Both the position numbers and the translations under genes were made by a program. Of a DNA stretch of 64,000 nucleotides, positions 1 to 15,634 are shown piece by piece. The stretch is from the human T2T-CHM13v2.0 reference genome, Homo sapiens: assembly GCF_009914755.1 (NCBI RefSeq), contig NC_060925.1; one strand, written 5' to 3'. Below the pieces are notes generated by a model, which saw nothing but the letters and a program-made list of their open reading frames with translations, did no database searches and was not told the origin of the DNA. Each line of letters opens with the position of its first letter. Position 1 is the first letter of the stretch.

Positions 1-3000
1 TCAGGGCTTTCACTACTGTCCAGTAGTAATGAGGATAACCTCCACTTCCATGTCAACAGTAGAGGCCATATGGGGAGCAGCAACAGGGCACCCCTGTCCC
101 TCTAAGCCTAGTGGGGAGCCTGAGCTCTCACTTTCACTCAACAGTAATCAGAAAGCCCTCCCCACCAGATGTCAACAGAAGCTGAATGGGGAACCTGAAC
201 TTCCACTTCCTCCTGGCAGGAATGAGATGGCGCCTCTCTTTTCCCACTAGAGCAGTGTCAGAGAAGGCCTGCTATAACACAGGGTTTCAATAAGATCCAG
301 AGTTTTATAACATAACACCCAAATGTTCAGATTTCAATAGAAAATCATTTGTCATACCAAGAACTAGGAAAATCTCAAGTTGAATGAGAAAAGACAATCA
401 ATAGACATCAACACTGAGATGACACAGATGTTAGGATGTTAGAATTATCTGACAAAGGTTTTAAAGCAGCTATCATAAAAATGCTTCAAAGAGCCATTGT
501 AAACACGCTTGAAATAAATGAAAAGGTAGAAAAGCTCGGCAAAGAATAGAAGACACAAAGAACCAAATGGAAATTTTAGAACTTAAAATACAATAACTAA
601 AATTAAAACTTAATGGATAGGCTCAACAACAGAATGAAGACAACACAGGAATTAATCAACAAACTTGAAAATAGAACAATATAATTACTCAATCTGAACA
701 ATAGACAAAAAATAGACTGGAAAAAAACTGAACAGAACTTCAGGGACCTGTGGTTAATAATAAAATGACCTCAGGTTTGTTATATAGATAAACTCATGTC
801 AAGGAAAAAAGTAATAATAAAACAATCTAACATTCAGCCACTGGAGTCACAGAAGTAGAGGAGAAAGAGGATGGGGCTGAAAAAGCACTCAAAGAAATAA
901 TGGAAAAATTTCCCAAATTTGGCGAAAGACATGAACATACAGATTTAAGAGCTGAGTCACTCCAAACAAGGTAAGCCCAAATAAATTTATTCCAAGACAA
1001 ATTATAGTCAAACTTCTGAAAAATAAAGCCAAATAAAATCTTGAAAGTAGTAAGGGAGAAATAACATCTTACTTATGGAGAAAACAATTTGATAGACTGA
1101 AGATTTGTCATCAGAAACCGTGGAAGACAGAAGAATGTGGCATAACATTTTTCAAATAATGAAAGAAAAGAATCATTAACCTAGAATTCTACCCTCAGCA
1201 AAATTATATTTCAGGAATGCAGATACACTCAGATGAGAGAAAATTAGATTTTGTCACCATAAACCTACCCTATCATTTCCTTTAAGCAGAGAGGAAATGA
1301 TAAAAGAAGAAAATTTGAAACATTAGGAATGGAAGAAAGACAATAGAAAGAGCAAAATTATGATAAACACAATAAACTTTCTTCTCCTAAGCTGTCTAAA
1401 TTATGTTTGATGGTTGAAGCAAAAATCGTAACACCGTCTGATGTGATTTTGAATGTATGTAGATAAAATATTTAAGACAATTATAAATGGGGAAAAAACA
1501 ATGTAAAGAGAGACAAGTTTTCCATACTTCACTCAAACTGTTAAGATGATAATACCAGTAGATTATGTTCAGTTATGTATATATAATGTAATACCTAGAG
1601 AAACCACTAAAAAAAGTATACAAAGAGATACACTAAAAAACACTATAGATGATTAAAATATTATAAAAAATAGTTCCAGTAACCCACAAGAAGGTAGGAA
1701 AAAGAAAACAGAGAAACAAAGCAAAATGGCAGGTCTAAGCTCTAACATACAAATGATTACCTTAAATGTAAATGGTCTATATAAACTAATTAGAAGATGG
1801 AAATTGGTAAAGTGGATAAATATTACCACACTAACTATATGCTGTCTACGAGAAACTCACTTCAAACATAATGATATAAGTAAGTTTAACACAAAAGGAT
1901 GGAAAAAGATATACCATGTCAACATTAATTGAAAAACAGCAGGAGTGGCTGTATTAATATCAGATAACATAGACTTTAGAGCAAATAAATTACCAGGGAT
2001 AGAGAGAGCCATTACATATGATAAGAGTCAATTCACCAAGAAAATACAGAAATCTTAAATGTGTATGCACCAAACAATGGGGCTACAAAATATATGAAGT
2101 AAAAACCGATAAAACTGAGAAGAGAAATAAACACATTTACAATTATAGTTGAAGGCTTTAATACTCTTTCAACAATTGATAGAACAATTAGACAGAAACC
2201 AGCAAAGTTACAGAACTCAACAAACACTGTCAACCAACAGTATCTACTCAACATTTTGTATCAGCTCATCCAACCCAAGTAGAACACACATTCTTTTTCA
2301 AAAACCTGTGGGACATAAACCAAAATTGACCACATCCTTGGTCATATAACAAATCTCAAAAAATTTAAAAGAATTGACATTGTAGAGGGTGATCTCTGAC
2401 CCCAATGGAATTAAAATAAAAATCAGTGACAGGAAAATTTCCAAATACTTAAAAACTAAACAGCACACTTCTAAATAATACATAGGTCAAAAAAGAAGTC
2501 TCAAGGAAAATAAAAATACAACATATCCAAATTTATGGAACACAGCAAGTTCTGAGAAGGAAATCTAAATCACTAAACAGTTACATTAGAAAAAAGAAAA
2601 AGCTTCAAATTGATACTCTAAGCTCCCACCTTAAGTAATTAGAAAAAGAAGAGTAAAAGAAACCAAAAGCAGCCAGAAGGAAGAAAATAATGAAGATAAG
2701 AGCAGAAACCCAAGAAAATAAAAATAGAAAAGCAATAGGGAAAAATCAGTGAAACAAAATCTGGTTCTTTGAAAAGATAAATACAATTGACAAATGCCTA
2801 GCAAGATCAACAAAGAAAAAAAGAGAGAAGACACAAATTACCAATCTCAGGAATAAAATGGGAATATCAAGACAGACTGTGCAGACATCAAAACAATAAT
2901 AATGGAATACTTAAAACAACTTAACAAGCATAAATTTGACAACTTAGATAAAACGGACTACATTCTCAAAAAGTACAGCCAAAACTCACCCAATATGAAA

Positions 3001-3051
3001 TAAGTAATTTGAATAGCCATATAGCTATTAAAGAAATTGAACTAGTAATTT
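1..3051 (+). mobile_element. Old L1 (L1M-type): 5' region, degenerate ORF1 and ORF2 endonuclease domain
   Basis: A-rich strand. The ORF2 start ITLNVNGL...ICCLRETHF (1726-1932) is the L1 endonuclease signature. Many stops and frameshifts. The element resumes at 4215-~4390 after a nested insertion. Confidence 0.9.
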
Positions 3052-4214
3052 TACTTTTTTCATGTTTTCCTCTATTTTATTATTTTTTTTATTTCCGTAG
3101 GTTTTTGGGGGAACAGGTGGAGTTTGGTTACATAAATAAGTTCTTTAGTGGTGGTTAGTGAGATTTCGGTGCACCCATCACCTTAGCAGTATGCACTGTA
3201 CCCAATTTGTAGTCTTTTATCCCTCACCCCACTCCCACCCTCTCCCTTAAGTCCCCAAAGTCCATTGTATCATTCTTATGCCTTTGCATCTTTATAGCTT
3301 GGCTCTCACTTATGAGTGAGAACATATATGTTTGGTTTTCCATTCCTGAGTTACTTCGCTTAGAATAATGGTCTCCAATTCCATCCAGGTTGCTGTGAAT
3401 GCCATTATTTCATTCATCTTTATGGCTGAATAGCATTCCATGGTGTATATATATTTACATATATCACAATTTCTTTATCCACTCATGGATTGATGGGCAT
3501 TCAGGCTGGGTCCAAATTTTTGCAACTGTAAATTGTGCTGCTATAAACATGAGTGTACAAGTATCTTTTTCTCAGGGAATTAAATCTAAGACCTGAAACC
3601 ACAAAAATTCCAGAAGATAACATCAGAAAAACCTTTCTAGACACTGACTTAGGCAAAGACTTCATGACCAACAACCCAAAAGCAAATGCAACAAAAACAA
3701 TGATATACAGGTGAGATTTAATTAAACTAAAAAGTTTCTGCATAGCAAAAGAAACAATCAGCAGAGTAAACAGACAATCCACAGAATGGGAGAAAATCTT
3801 CACAATCTATACATCCAACAAAGGACTAATATCCAGAATCTACAATGAACTCAAACAAATTAGCAAGAAAAAAACAAACAATCTCATCAAAAATGGGCTG
3901 AGGACATGAATAGATAATTCTTAAAAGAAGATTTACAAATGGCCAACAAACATGTGAAAAAAATCTCAACATCACTAATGATCAGGGAAATGCAAATCAA
4001 AACCACAATGTGATATCACCTTACTCCTGAAAGAATGGCCATAAAAAAAAAAAAGATGTTAGTAGAGATGTGGTGAAAAGGGAACACTTTCACACTGCTG
4101 GTGGGAATGTAAACTAGTACAACCACTGTGGAAAACAGTGTGGAGATTCCTTAAAGGACTGAAAGTAGAATTACCATTTGATCCAGCAATTCCGATACTG
4201 GGTATCTACTCAGA
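3052..4214 (-). mobile_element. 5'-inverted L1PB-like insertion nested in the older L1
   Basis: Poly-T plus antisense L1 3' end at 3052-~3571, then sense ORF2 C-terminal piece at ~3572-4214; TSD tgaa(c/t)tagtaattt at 3038-3051 and 4215-4228. Confidence 0.85.
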
Positions 4215-4399
4215 TGAATTAGTAATTTAAAAACTCCTGAAAAGAAATCTCCTGGCCCAGATTGTTTCACTAGAGAGTCCTACCAAATGTTTAAAGAATG
4301 TACACCAATTCTGCACAATCTTTCCAGAAAACAGAAGAGGAGAGGTCATTTCTCAATTTATTTTATCAAACTAGTAATACCCTGACATCAAAAGATATG

Positions 4400-5130
4400 A
4401 AGCTAAAATTTATTGAACTGCAAGAACTGGACAAATTTACTAATATAGTGGGAGATTTTAACATGTCTCAATAATTGATAAAGCTGACAAAAAAATTAGT
4501 AGTCAATAGGAGATCTCATGAACACAAATAAAGCTCCATCCAATCAACGTATAGGTGACCCTGCATGGGCCATGACACATTTTTCTCAAGCACATAAAAC
4601 ATACATGAAAACTGACTTAGGTGGGTATTGGCAAAAGCAAGTCTCAACAAAATTGAAATAAAGTGTATCATCCAGACCACATCCTCTAACTCTAAAGCAA
4701 TTAACTTAGAACTCAGCAAGGATAATAAGAAAACCCTATTCATCTGGAAATTTTAAAAACCAGTCATTTAAATAACTCATTGATCAAAGGAGACATTGCA
4801 ATGGCAATTCCGAACTGAGCAGTAGAAAGGTCACATATGAAAACTCATGGACTCAACTAAAATTGTGCTTAGAAAGAAATGTATAGTCTTGAATGTTTAC
4901 AGTAGGGACGAAGAATGGCAGAAAGTGAATGAACTAAGCGCCAAACTGGAGAATTTAGAAAAATAATGAAATTAACCCCCCAAAAGGAAAGATAAATGTA
5001 AAAGTGGGAATTGGTGAAAAAAATAGGACTAAAACAAAAATCCAAAAGTTGGTTCTTGGAAAAGATTAATTAAATGGATGAACTTTTGGCAAGGTTCAAT
5101 GGGAAAAAGAGAAGTCTTAAATAAAGGAAC
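4400..5130 (+). mobile_element. Degenerate old L1 ORF2 fragment
   Basis: L1-like phrases (atagtgggagattttaac, acatttttctcaagcaca, aaaagttggttcttggaaaagattaat); boundaries approximate. Confidence 0.65.
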
Positions 5131-5469
5131 TTAACAAGACAGGCACACAAGAGCGTAACCTTGTGTTACACTCAGGAAACGGAGAGAAGCCACCACAGGA
5201 AACGGAAGAAGCCACCTCTGTTTCTGGAGGAGACTGGTACCATCTCAGACCTACTAGCCCTTGGGGGACCCCAAGAGAGGGGACACCCATCTCCTGCAAT
5301 ATTTTGGGGAGCCAAGCTTGTACCTGCAAACACACAGAGCCCAGGCCTCCAGAAAAGTGTCTGCATCCTCCCTGAAGGAGCCCCAGGCCAGCAGCCCCTT
5401 CCTGTCACATTCCCCTCCTCCCCAGAGGTAGAAGGGCTGTCAATCTATCACAGCGCTGCAGCTGCACCG

Positions 5470-6240
<771 letters not shown>

Positions 6241-6383
6241 ATTAAATTTATGAGACTGACATGCTGCCTACTGCACTGAGGAAGCAACTTAAATTTAAAT
6301 TAAAAGAATGTATATGCCAAGAAATGTGGAAATTTAGATAAAAATGACAAGTTTCTTGGAAAATCTAACTTATCCACACAACC

Positions 6384-6600
6384 CGTGTGGTGTTCTGATA
6401 AATATTTAACAATTGGCTTTCCAAACCAACCAACCTAATGCCGCACACATAAAAGCCCCTTTCGTGTAGTGCTAACCAGTTTCCATGGTGTAAATACTCC
6501 CACCATGGCCAGTGTGACATCCCTGAGTGTGGTGTTGGGAAGAGATGTGCATTATCTGCTCTCCAGAGCCAGCCTCCAGTGCGTCACTGAGCTGTAACAC
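6384..6600 (-). mobile_element. MER63-like hAT DNA transposon fragment
   Basis: Reverse-complement similarity to the element at 40850-41787 (gtggtgttctgataaatatttaacaa; ggtgtaaatactcccaccatggcc). Confidence 0.6.
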
Positions 6601-7843
6601 AAGAAATGGAGAACCCAAATCATTCTATAACCATAAAACAAGCGGAATCAGTGGCCCAGCCCTCAGTCCTGCACCCATAATCTTCAAGGCTTGCCATGAC
6701 TTTCTGCAAGAGGGACCACCAGGCCACCCTCCACTCTGGTAGAGTTGCTGATGTGGCAACCAGTGAAGAATGCCATCAGCAAAGTCCCACTGGAGAGGCC
6801 CAGCCCAGTAGGTCATACCCAGTCCCGGTCCAGCTCTCTTCCCCTCCTCTGCCCCTCCTGCTGAGCAAAGGTTCTGCCTGAACCTTTGGATCTAACCAGG
6901 CACATGTAGACCCACGTATCACAGGATGTCAGTGACCAGCTCCTAGCAATGAAGGCTCAGAAAGGTCCAGCAAGATGCCCAAGGTCACACAGCAGGCCAT
7001 GGCAGAGTTCAGCTGGAGCCCAAGCCTCAGAACTCCCATCCCAGCCTTGAACTGTGAAACTAGAGTCTGGCCCATGAATCCTCTTTAGCTGAGCCCTTGG
7101 GCCCCCCATGCAGGCCTGAGTGGGCCTGGGGATCTCAATGGGCTTGAATGTGTCCCAAGGCCAGGTCTGCCTATGCCTGTCCCATCACTTCTCCCCAGGG
7201 AGTTCAGGGAGCCCCACAGCCGGGGCTACAACTGAGGGCACAGCCAGCTCTGAACCATGGACAGAGCCTAGCCCCTGCAAGTCAGGGGTTGAGGTGACAG
7301 GATGCTCTGGGCGCTCCCTGGAGGAGGCGGGCATCGCCTGAGGCCCTTCTGGAGGCTGCTAACACAGTGGGGAAATCAAGCGTGCGCTTTGGAAGCAGAC
7401 CGAGCCAGGCTGGCATCCCAGGTTCCCACGTGGTGCTGCGTGACCTCGGGCAAAGTGTCTCAACATCTGGAATCTCCTTTTTTTCCTCATAAAGATGCCT
7501 GGTCTCACAACCGTTAAGACTTGAATGAGGTAATGTTATGTTCAAGTGCTCTGCTCTGGGCTGGCACAGGGTTGGTGGCCCATAAACAGTAAGTTCCACT
7601 CCTTCCCTAGTGGGAGCAGCTTAGCTGTCTCAGCAGAGCCCTTTCCCCTGCTTGGGGATCCTGGTGGCTGGTGGGGGTGGGGACAGGGAGGAGGGGTGGT
7701 ACAAACCTCTACAGAGTGCATACATTTTAAGTGTAGAGCTCTGGGCCAGATGCCATGGCCAGGTCCTGGGTTAGCCTCCTCAAAGGATGCCATAGGGGCG
7801 GATACAGAGCCAGGAGGACAGCCCCACAAAGGGCAGCCCCCTA

Positions 7844-8217
<374 letters not shown>

Positions 8218-10926
8218 CTATCCGACATCCTGACCTGTCCCCACAAGGACAGCTGGAGGGGAAGTGCTGCTCCACGTGGCTCCAGTGCTGCAGAGAGCCC
8301 TGGCCAGGGATTGGGAGCCAGTGTTGGTGACCTTGGGCAGGTCGCCACCCTTCTCTGTTCCTCACCATTCCCATCTGTAAAAGGCAAGGGTTGGACCAAT
8401 TCATCCCCTGGGTCCCTTCTGGCTCTGACCTTTGGGGATTCCCAGCCTGCTCCCAGCCTTGACTTTCAGAGAAGCTATGGACTGGCCAGGGCTGCCCCTT
8501 GGCAAGTGTTTCCTTTGGCTCATGCAGAAGCTGTGCCCCAGGCTCGCTAGTCCAGACCAATAAGCCAGGCTCATAAACGCCTGGCGGGGCAGCCGGTCTC
8601 CTTCACATAAAAGTCATTTTCCAAACAGGATTGAGAAAGGCCAGCTCCGGACAGGCCATCTCGGGGGCACTGGAGCAGAGAGTGCCCGATTGCCTGAGCC
8701 TTCCTGGCCAGCTCCCCCTGTCATCTGCCTCGTCTTGGTGCCTATCTCCCTCCCGCTTACCCTCTGGAGATAAACTGGGGCATGAGTCCTGCCTCCTATG
8801 TGGCCTTGGTCCTGTCACGTCTCCTTCTGGGCCTCAGTTTCCCTATCTGTCAAACAGGGAGGCCCATCCCTGGCTGGCCTCACTCGGCAGTGTGTGACAG
8901 TGCCTTGCCAGGAGTGAGCAGCGAGCTGGTGAAGAGTGGCTCTCAGCCCCTGGGTGACCCTCCCCATATCCCCCAGCCCAGACCTCTCATCTCAGCTCTG
9001 GCCTCCCACCCTGGCCCAGAACCACATGCCCAGAGGGAGCTCTGCACACATGGGCAGAAGAGGCCTTGTGACTTGGCTGCTGGCTGCATCTGCTGGGTGT
9101 GCTGCCTCCCCCATCAGACAAGGAATCAGACCAGAGGCTTCCTGAGGACCAGAGCTGCATCTCATCCATCAGACCAGGACCCCTGAGGACAGCAGCAGCT
9201 TCGTCTCCACCCTCAGAAAGAGGTGGGTCTTGAAGGTAGCAGTGAGTCCCTTCCACCTGCAGGAAGAGTGTCCTGAGAGCTCCTCCATCAAAAGACTCCA
9301 GGGCAGGGCTGTGTCTCCCCCATTAGATTAGAAGGTTCTCAAAAGAGAGAGGGAGCATTGCCTACTCCTTAATTCTTATACCATGGGAGCTGTGTTTCCC
9401 CCATCAGACTAGATGATCTGTGTGTTCAAGGGCTATGCCTCCCCATCAGATTGGAAGCTTCCAAGCGCAGGGGCTGTTCCTCCCCGATCAGCGAGGAGGC
9501 CCCTGAAGGACAGGCATTTTGTCTCCATGCTCAGTCTGGGGTCTCACTGAGCATGACCTGAGCCTCCTCTTCAGACTGTGGGCCCCACTGTCTTCCTTCA
9601 GAGCCAGCACCTGGGCGGCCTGTGCTGGGTGTCTGGGAGAAAGGAGGATGCACGTGGGCTGAGGGGAAGTGGGGCAGGAAGCGTGTATTAAGGCAAAGAG
9701 GTGGCTCAGAACCAGGTGCCCACCGTGCCAGGCTGTGCTGGCACCCCGTGCTCCCAGGGCAGAGGGCCAGGGCAGGCTGGGTGATTCACGCCTAGGTTGG
9801 AGCTGGTTGCTTCTCAGACTCCGCCCAACCCTGGCTGGCCTCACTATGGGTTACCTGGGGGGATCTGTAGGGGGACATGGAGGCTGGGGGCACTGGGATG
9901 CTGTTTGGGAGAAGGCAGGGGAGAGGCCTCAGGAGATGTAAGCCTCACCTGGTCTCACTGAGTCAGAGCTGGACAGGCCCCTGAGCATCAGCTACCCAAG
10001 CCCCTCCTTGCAGAGAGGGCAGAAGGTTGCACAGCCGGTCTCCAGGGTCTTAGGACGGGGACCTAGGGATCCTGAATCCTGGCCCAGTACTGCTTCCAAG
10101 CTGGTGACCCAGCTTGTGTTATTAGACAGGCCCCTCCCACATGAGTGGGGAAGAGAGAACCCTCACTTCCACCTAATTGTTAGCACTGAGTCCAGATAAC
10201 CCAGAGGGCAGGGCAGGGGCCTGTCTGGGAGCCTTCCTAACCACCCCCATCCTTTCTTCCGGCATCATTCCTCCTCCTTGCCTTTTATTATTCTCCTCTG
10301 GCTTTGCAAGCCCATTCCTCTGAAAGCCTCATGTAAAGGGTCGCTTTACATGAGACTTTTCAAAACTGACACCTCAGTAAAGGCACAAGTAGATTCATGC
10401 AACCAGAGGTTGCAGCTGCACAGGCTGGCTGCAAGCAGAGAATCTTCTTGAAGCTTCCTGCTTAATATCTGTGCACGTGTGAATTGAGTTCCACTCCGCA
10501 ATACAGGCCTGCTGCGAATGCTTGGGCAGGTTGTTCACTGCATACAGAGGAGGAGTTGGGGCTGACTTCCCATCCGAGCGCCTCTTGCCAAGCTTTGTGC
10601 CTGAGTGGGGCTGCATCTATCCCAAAGAAGGGGCATGCTTTTTCTCACTTTGCACAGAGGTGCCTTATGGACCAGCAGGGGCCCTGCCATGACCCGGCCA
10701 GATTTGTCTTAACATTTTCAAATACTTTTTTTTTCTCTCAAATTGTTGGGTAAATTGATGCTGCTGCAGGGAGCTGGGCCATGTTTTCTCAGGGGCTTTG
10801 TGGATCTAGATCACAGCCTGAGAAGCTCAAATTGACCCCAGATCACAACCTCCTGCCTGGTAAATTAAGACGATGGGTTGGCTTTATCTGTAAATTAAAA
10901 TTTGGGCTTTTACATATCTTGTAGCA

Positions 10927-11242
10927 GGCCTCGCCTGGTGGCTCACGCCTGTAATCACAGCGCTTTGGGAGGCTGAGGTAGGTAGATAACTTGAGCTCAC
11001 GAGTTCAAGACCAGCCCGGGCAACATACAGAAATCCTGTCTCTACTAAAAATACAAAAATTAGCCAGGTGTGGTAGTGCACATCTGTAGTCCCAGCTACT
11101 CAGGAGGCTGAGGTTGGAAGGATGGCTTGAGCCTAGGAGGTAGAGGTTGCAGTGAGCCGAGATCGTACCACTGAGCTCCAGCCTGGGCAATAGAGCCAGA
11201 CCTTATCTCATAAATAACATAAAATATAAAATAAAATAAAAA
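10927..11242 (+). mobile_element. Alu
   Basis: Diverged full dimer with A-rich tail; atcttgtag flanks both ends. Confidence 0.93.
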
Positions 11243-11916
11243 TCTTGTAGTGAATGCTGTTTCTGGAAGGTTTTTGACTCTAAACCCCACCAGTTGTACA
11301 TGTGGTTACCTGACAATGGCTTTTCTGGTTTCTATCCTGGTTTGGGCGTGTTTTCACTGTACGGAAAAAAATGTTTAATTGCTTATTGAAGTTCCTATAC
11401 ACAAAGTACATAAATTTTAAGTGTATAGCCCAATGTATGTTTACATATAATTACAGCAGTGTAATCACCACTCAGATCAAGATACAGAACATTTCCAACA
11501 CCCCAGAAGGCTTCTTCATGCCTGCTGCTAGTCAATGCTGCCTCCTCTAAATGTAATTACTTTTCTGATCTCTATCACCACAGGTTAGCTTTGCCTGTTC
11601 TTGAACTTCATATAAATGGAATCACGCAGTATTTAGTCTTTTGTGTCTGGATTCTCTTGCACATCAATATGTCTGTGAGGTTTATTCTTGTTGTCACATG
11701 GAACTGTGATATGTTCTTTTTCATTGTTGTATAGTATTTCATTTAATGAAGATACTACAATGTATGTATCCCTCTCTCTATTGATGGACATGTGGGTTAT
11801 TTCCAATTTGTGGTTATTGAAAGTAAAGTTGCTATGAATGTCCTTGTACATATCTTTTGGTGGGAAATGGTCTCATTCTTCTACAGTGTCTAGGAGTGGA
11901 ATTGCTGGGTCATAGG

Positions 11917-12264
11917 CGTATTAGTCTGTTTTTGCATTGCTATAAAGAACTACTTGAGACTGGGTAATTTATGAAGGAAAGAGGTTTAATTGACTCACAG
12001 TTCTGCATGGCTGTGGAGGTCTCAAGAAACTTGCAATCATGGTGGAAGAAGAAGTCAGCATCTTCTTCACAAGTCAGCAGGAGAGAGAGACAGCACAGGG
12101 GAAACTGCCACTTTTAAACCATCAGATCTCATGAGAACTCCCTCACTATCACGAGAACAGCATGGGGGAAACCACCCCCATGATCCAATCACCTCCCACC
12201 AGGTTCTTCCCTTGACACGTGGGGATTACAATTTGATGTGAGATTTGGGTGGGGACACATATCA
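11917..12264 (-). mobile_element. MaLR solo LTR (MSTA-like)
   Basis: gtattagtctgtttttgcattgctataaagaactac...gagatttgggtggggacacatatca, matching the antisense MST/THE1 LTR pattern. Confidence 0.88.
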
Positions 12265-12554
12265 CAGGGAAAGTATGTATTGTGCTCCAAGTCTAATAGA
12301 TACTGCCAACAGTTTTCCAATGTGATCCTACCAATTTCCATTCTCACAGGGAGTGTCTGAGAGTTCTATTTGTTCCACATCCACATCGCCAACACTTGGT
12401 ATTGTGAGGCTTTTTAACCTTGGCTATCCTGGTGGTGGAGTCTTCTTTTTGTTTTCATTTGCATTTCCCTGGTGACTAAAGAAGTTGAGCATCTTTTCCT
12501 CTGTTTATTGGCCTCTTGGTATCTTTTATGTTTTTAAGTGAAGTGCCTGTTCAA

Positions 12555-12855
12555 TTTTTTTTTTCTTTTTTGGGGGAATAGAGTCTCACTTTCTCACCTA
12601 GGCTGGGATGCAGTGGCGCAATCTTGACTCACTGCAACCTCTGCCTCCCAGGTTCAAGCAATTCTCCTGCCTCAGCCTGCTGAGTACCTGGGACTATAGG
12701 CGTGCACCACCACACCTGGCTAATTGTTTTACTTTTAGTAGAGACGGGGTTTTGCCATGTTGGCCAGGCTAGTCTTGAGTTCCTGACTTCAGGTTATCCA
12801 CCCACCTTGGCCTCCCAAAGTGCTGAGATTACAGACGTGAGCCACCAAGCCCGGC
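12555..12855 (-). mobile_element. Alu
   Basis: Antisense dimer with poly-T start. Confidence 0.93.
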
Positions 12856-14378
12856 GAATTTTTTTTGCTCGTTAAAAAAATCAGGAGGTCTGCCTTTTTC
12901 ATATTTATTTGTAGGTGTTCTTATAAATTCTGGATGCGAGCTCTTTGTCAGATGTAAGGATTGTGAGTTACCTCCTCTATTAGCAAATTTAACTTGCTTA
13001 TTCATCAACTCATTCCAAGAGCACCAATAAGGAATGGGCCAGGCCCTGTGCTGGGTGCTGGGTTATCAGAATGAGTATGATGTGGCCCTCATTCTTGAAG
13101 ACAGCTCGACCGTGATGGAGGAGACAGGCATTTAGAATAAGCATGAAATAAAGGTGGCTGTTAAGGGGTCAGCTCCCCTCACCAAAGTCACTTTTGATTT
13201 ACTTACAAAAGTTTTCTTAAGATTTCTTCAGAACCCAGGTAAGGTGAAAAGCAAGGGTTTCCCTATGCTTATTTTCTGGGCTGGGTTTTTAAATCCTTTG
13301 CAGTGAGTACTGCTTTTAGAAGATTCCTTGACTCCATCAGCTGAATGCGTGCTCATCTGCTGATCCCTCCCTTGGTTTCCGCCCTGTTTTGGGGAATGTT
13401 AGGCTGGACCCACCAGGATGTGGTCAAATTCTTGGCCCTGGAATCCAGTTCCTGGTGCTCAGTGTGGGTAAGTCAGACCCAGCCAGGAGGGCGGAGGCTT
13501 TGGTCGGGAGTGGGGGTGGGGCCAGGCTGGCGAATGCTCTGGAAAGCTGGGTCCAGTTTAGAAATCTTCACCTCTCCTGGGAAAACTTGTCATGTCAGGC
13601 ACAGCCAGACTTCCCCTCCCACCCCTCAGGCTGCCAGCCCTGATGGGGACTCAGGGGGCTGTGAGTGGCATGGGGACAGAGGCCAACACATTGGAGTGAA
13701 GTGGCCATGCTGAGGCCACAGGCGGTGGGCAGGCATGAAAGCCGGGCCCAGGACATGGAAGAAGCCCATGGCCAATCGGTGCATGAATGATGGGGGGCAC
13801 CTTGGCAGGCTCGGGGGGCATCGTGTCCTGGAGTCTGAAAACAGGCACAAAAGGGCAGTGCACAGGGTGCCGGGCAGGGCATGAGCCCTGCATTCTAGCC
13901 TGGGGCCTGTTCCTAGCTCACCCAGTGCCACCCAGCTCCTTTCTCCGTTCTCTGCTCTTGTGGCCCATGTGTCATTAAGGGCCCAACAGCTCTGACATTC
14001 TCTGTAGCTTATCTAGGAAGGAGGCACTGTGAACACCTGGGAGCAGGTAGGCAGTGGGGCCTGGCCTTGGGGAGCCGAGTGACCACAGGGAAGCAAGGGG
14101 TGTGCTGGACAGAGGGGCCTGACACCCAGTCCCTTCCTCACGCTGCTGCTACACTGTCACCTCCCAGGAAGGCTCCTGACCCCGGATGGACCCAGAGCCC
14201 ATGGTCCTGGGGGGACCTCTCTATGTTCATCATCTGAGACACCAAAATAGATGCCCCTTTATCAACTAAGATGGACCCCAAGGTTAAGGAAACAAAAGTT
14301 ACCTACAGGCAGAAGGTTCAAGGCCTGGTTGGCATGGCAACTCTCTAAATTCCCACCACTGCAAGAATAACCACACCT

Positions 14379-14965
<587 letters not shown>

Positions 14966-15091
14966 TTACCACACCCTTGCTAAACTCTTAATAATAGGAA
15001 CTGTCAGGCAAATCGTCACATCCTTCATGACTTGGATTTACAACCAAGACCACTACAGCTCTGACTGGATGGAGGAACTGCCTGACAAACA

Positions 15092-15634
<543 letters not shown>

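Larger units (their letters stand above)
11365..12970 (-). mobile_element. Antisense L1ME-like 3' fragment split by an MST LTR and an Alu
   Basis: Typical L1M 3' phrases (cagatcaagatacagaacatttcca, gttcttgaacttcatataaatggaatc, aggagtggaattgctgggtcatagg). Confidence 0.75.

Noticed and set aside
1726-1932. Endonuclease-like ORF
   Set aside because: It is a dead L1 ORF2 fragment that stops after 68 aa.
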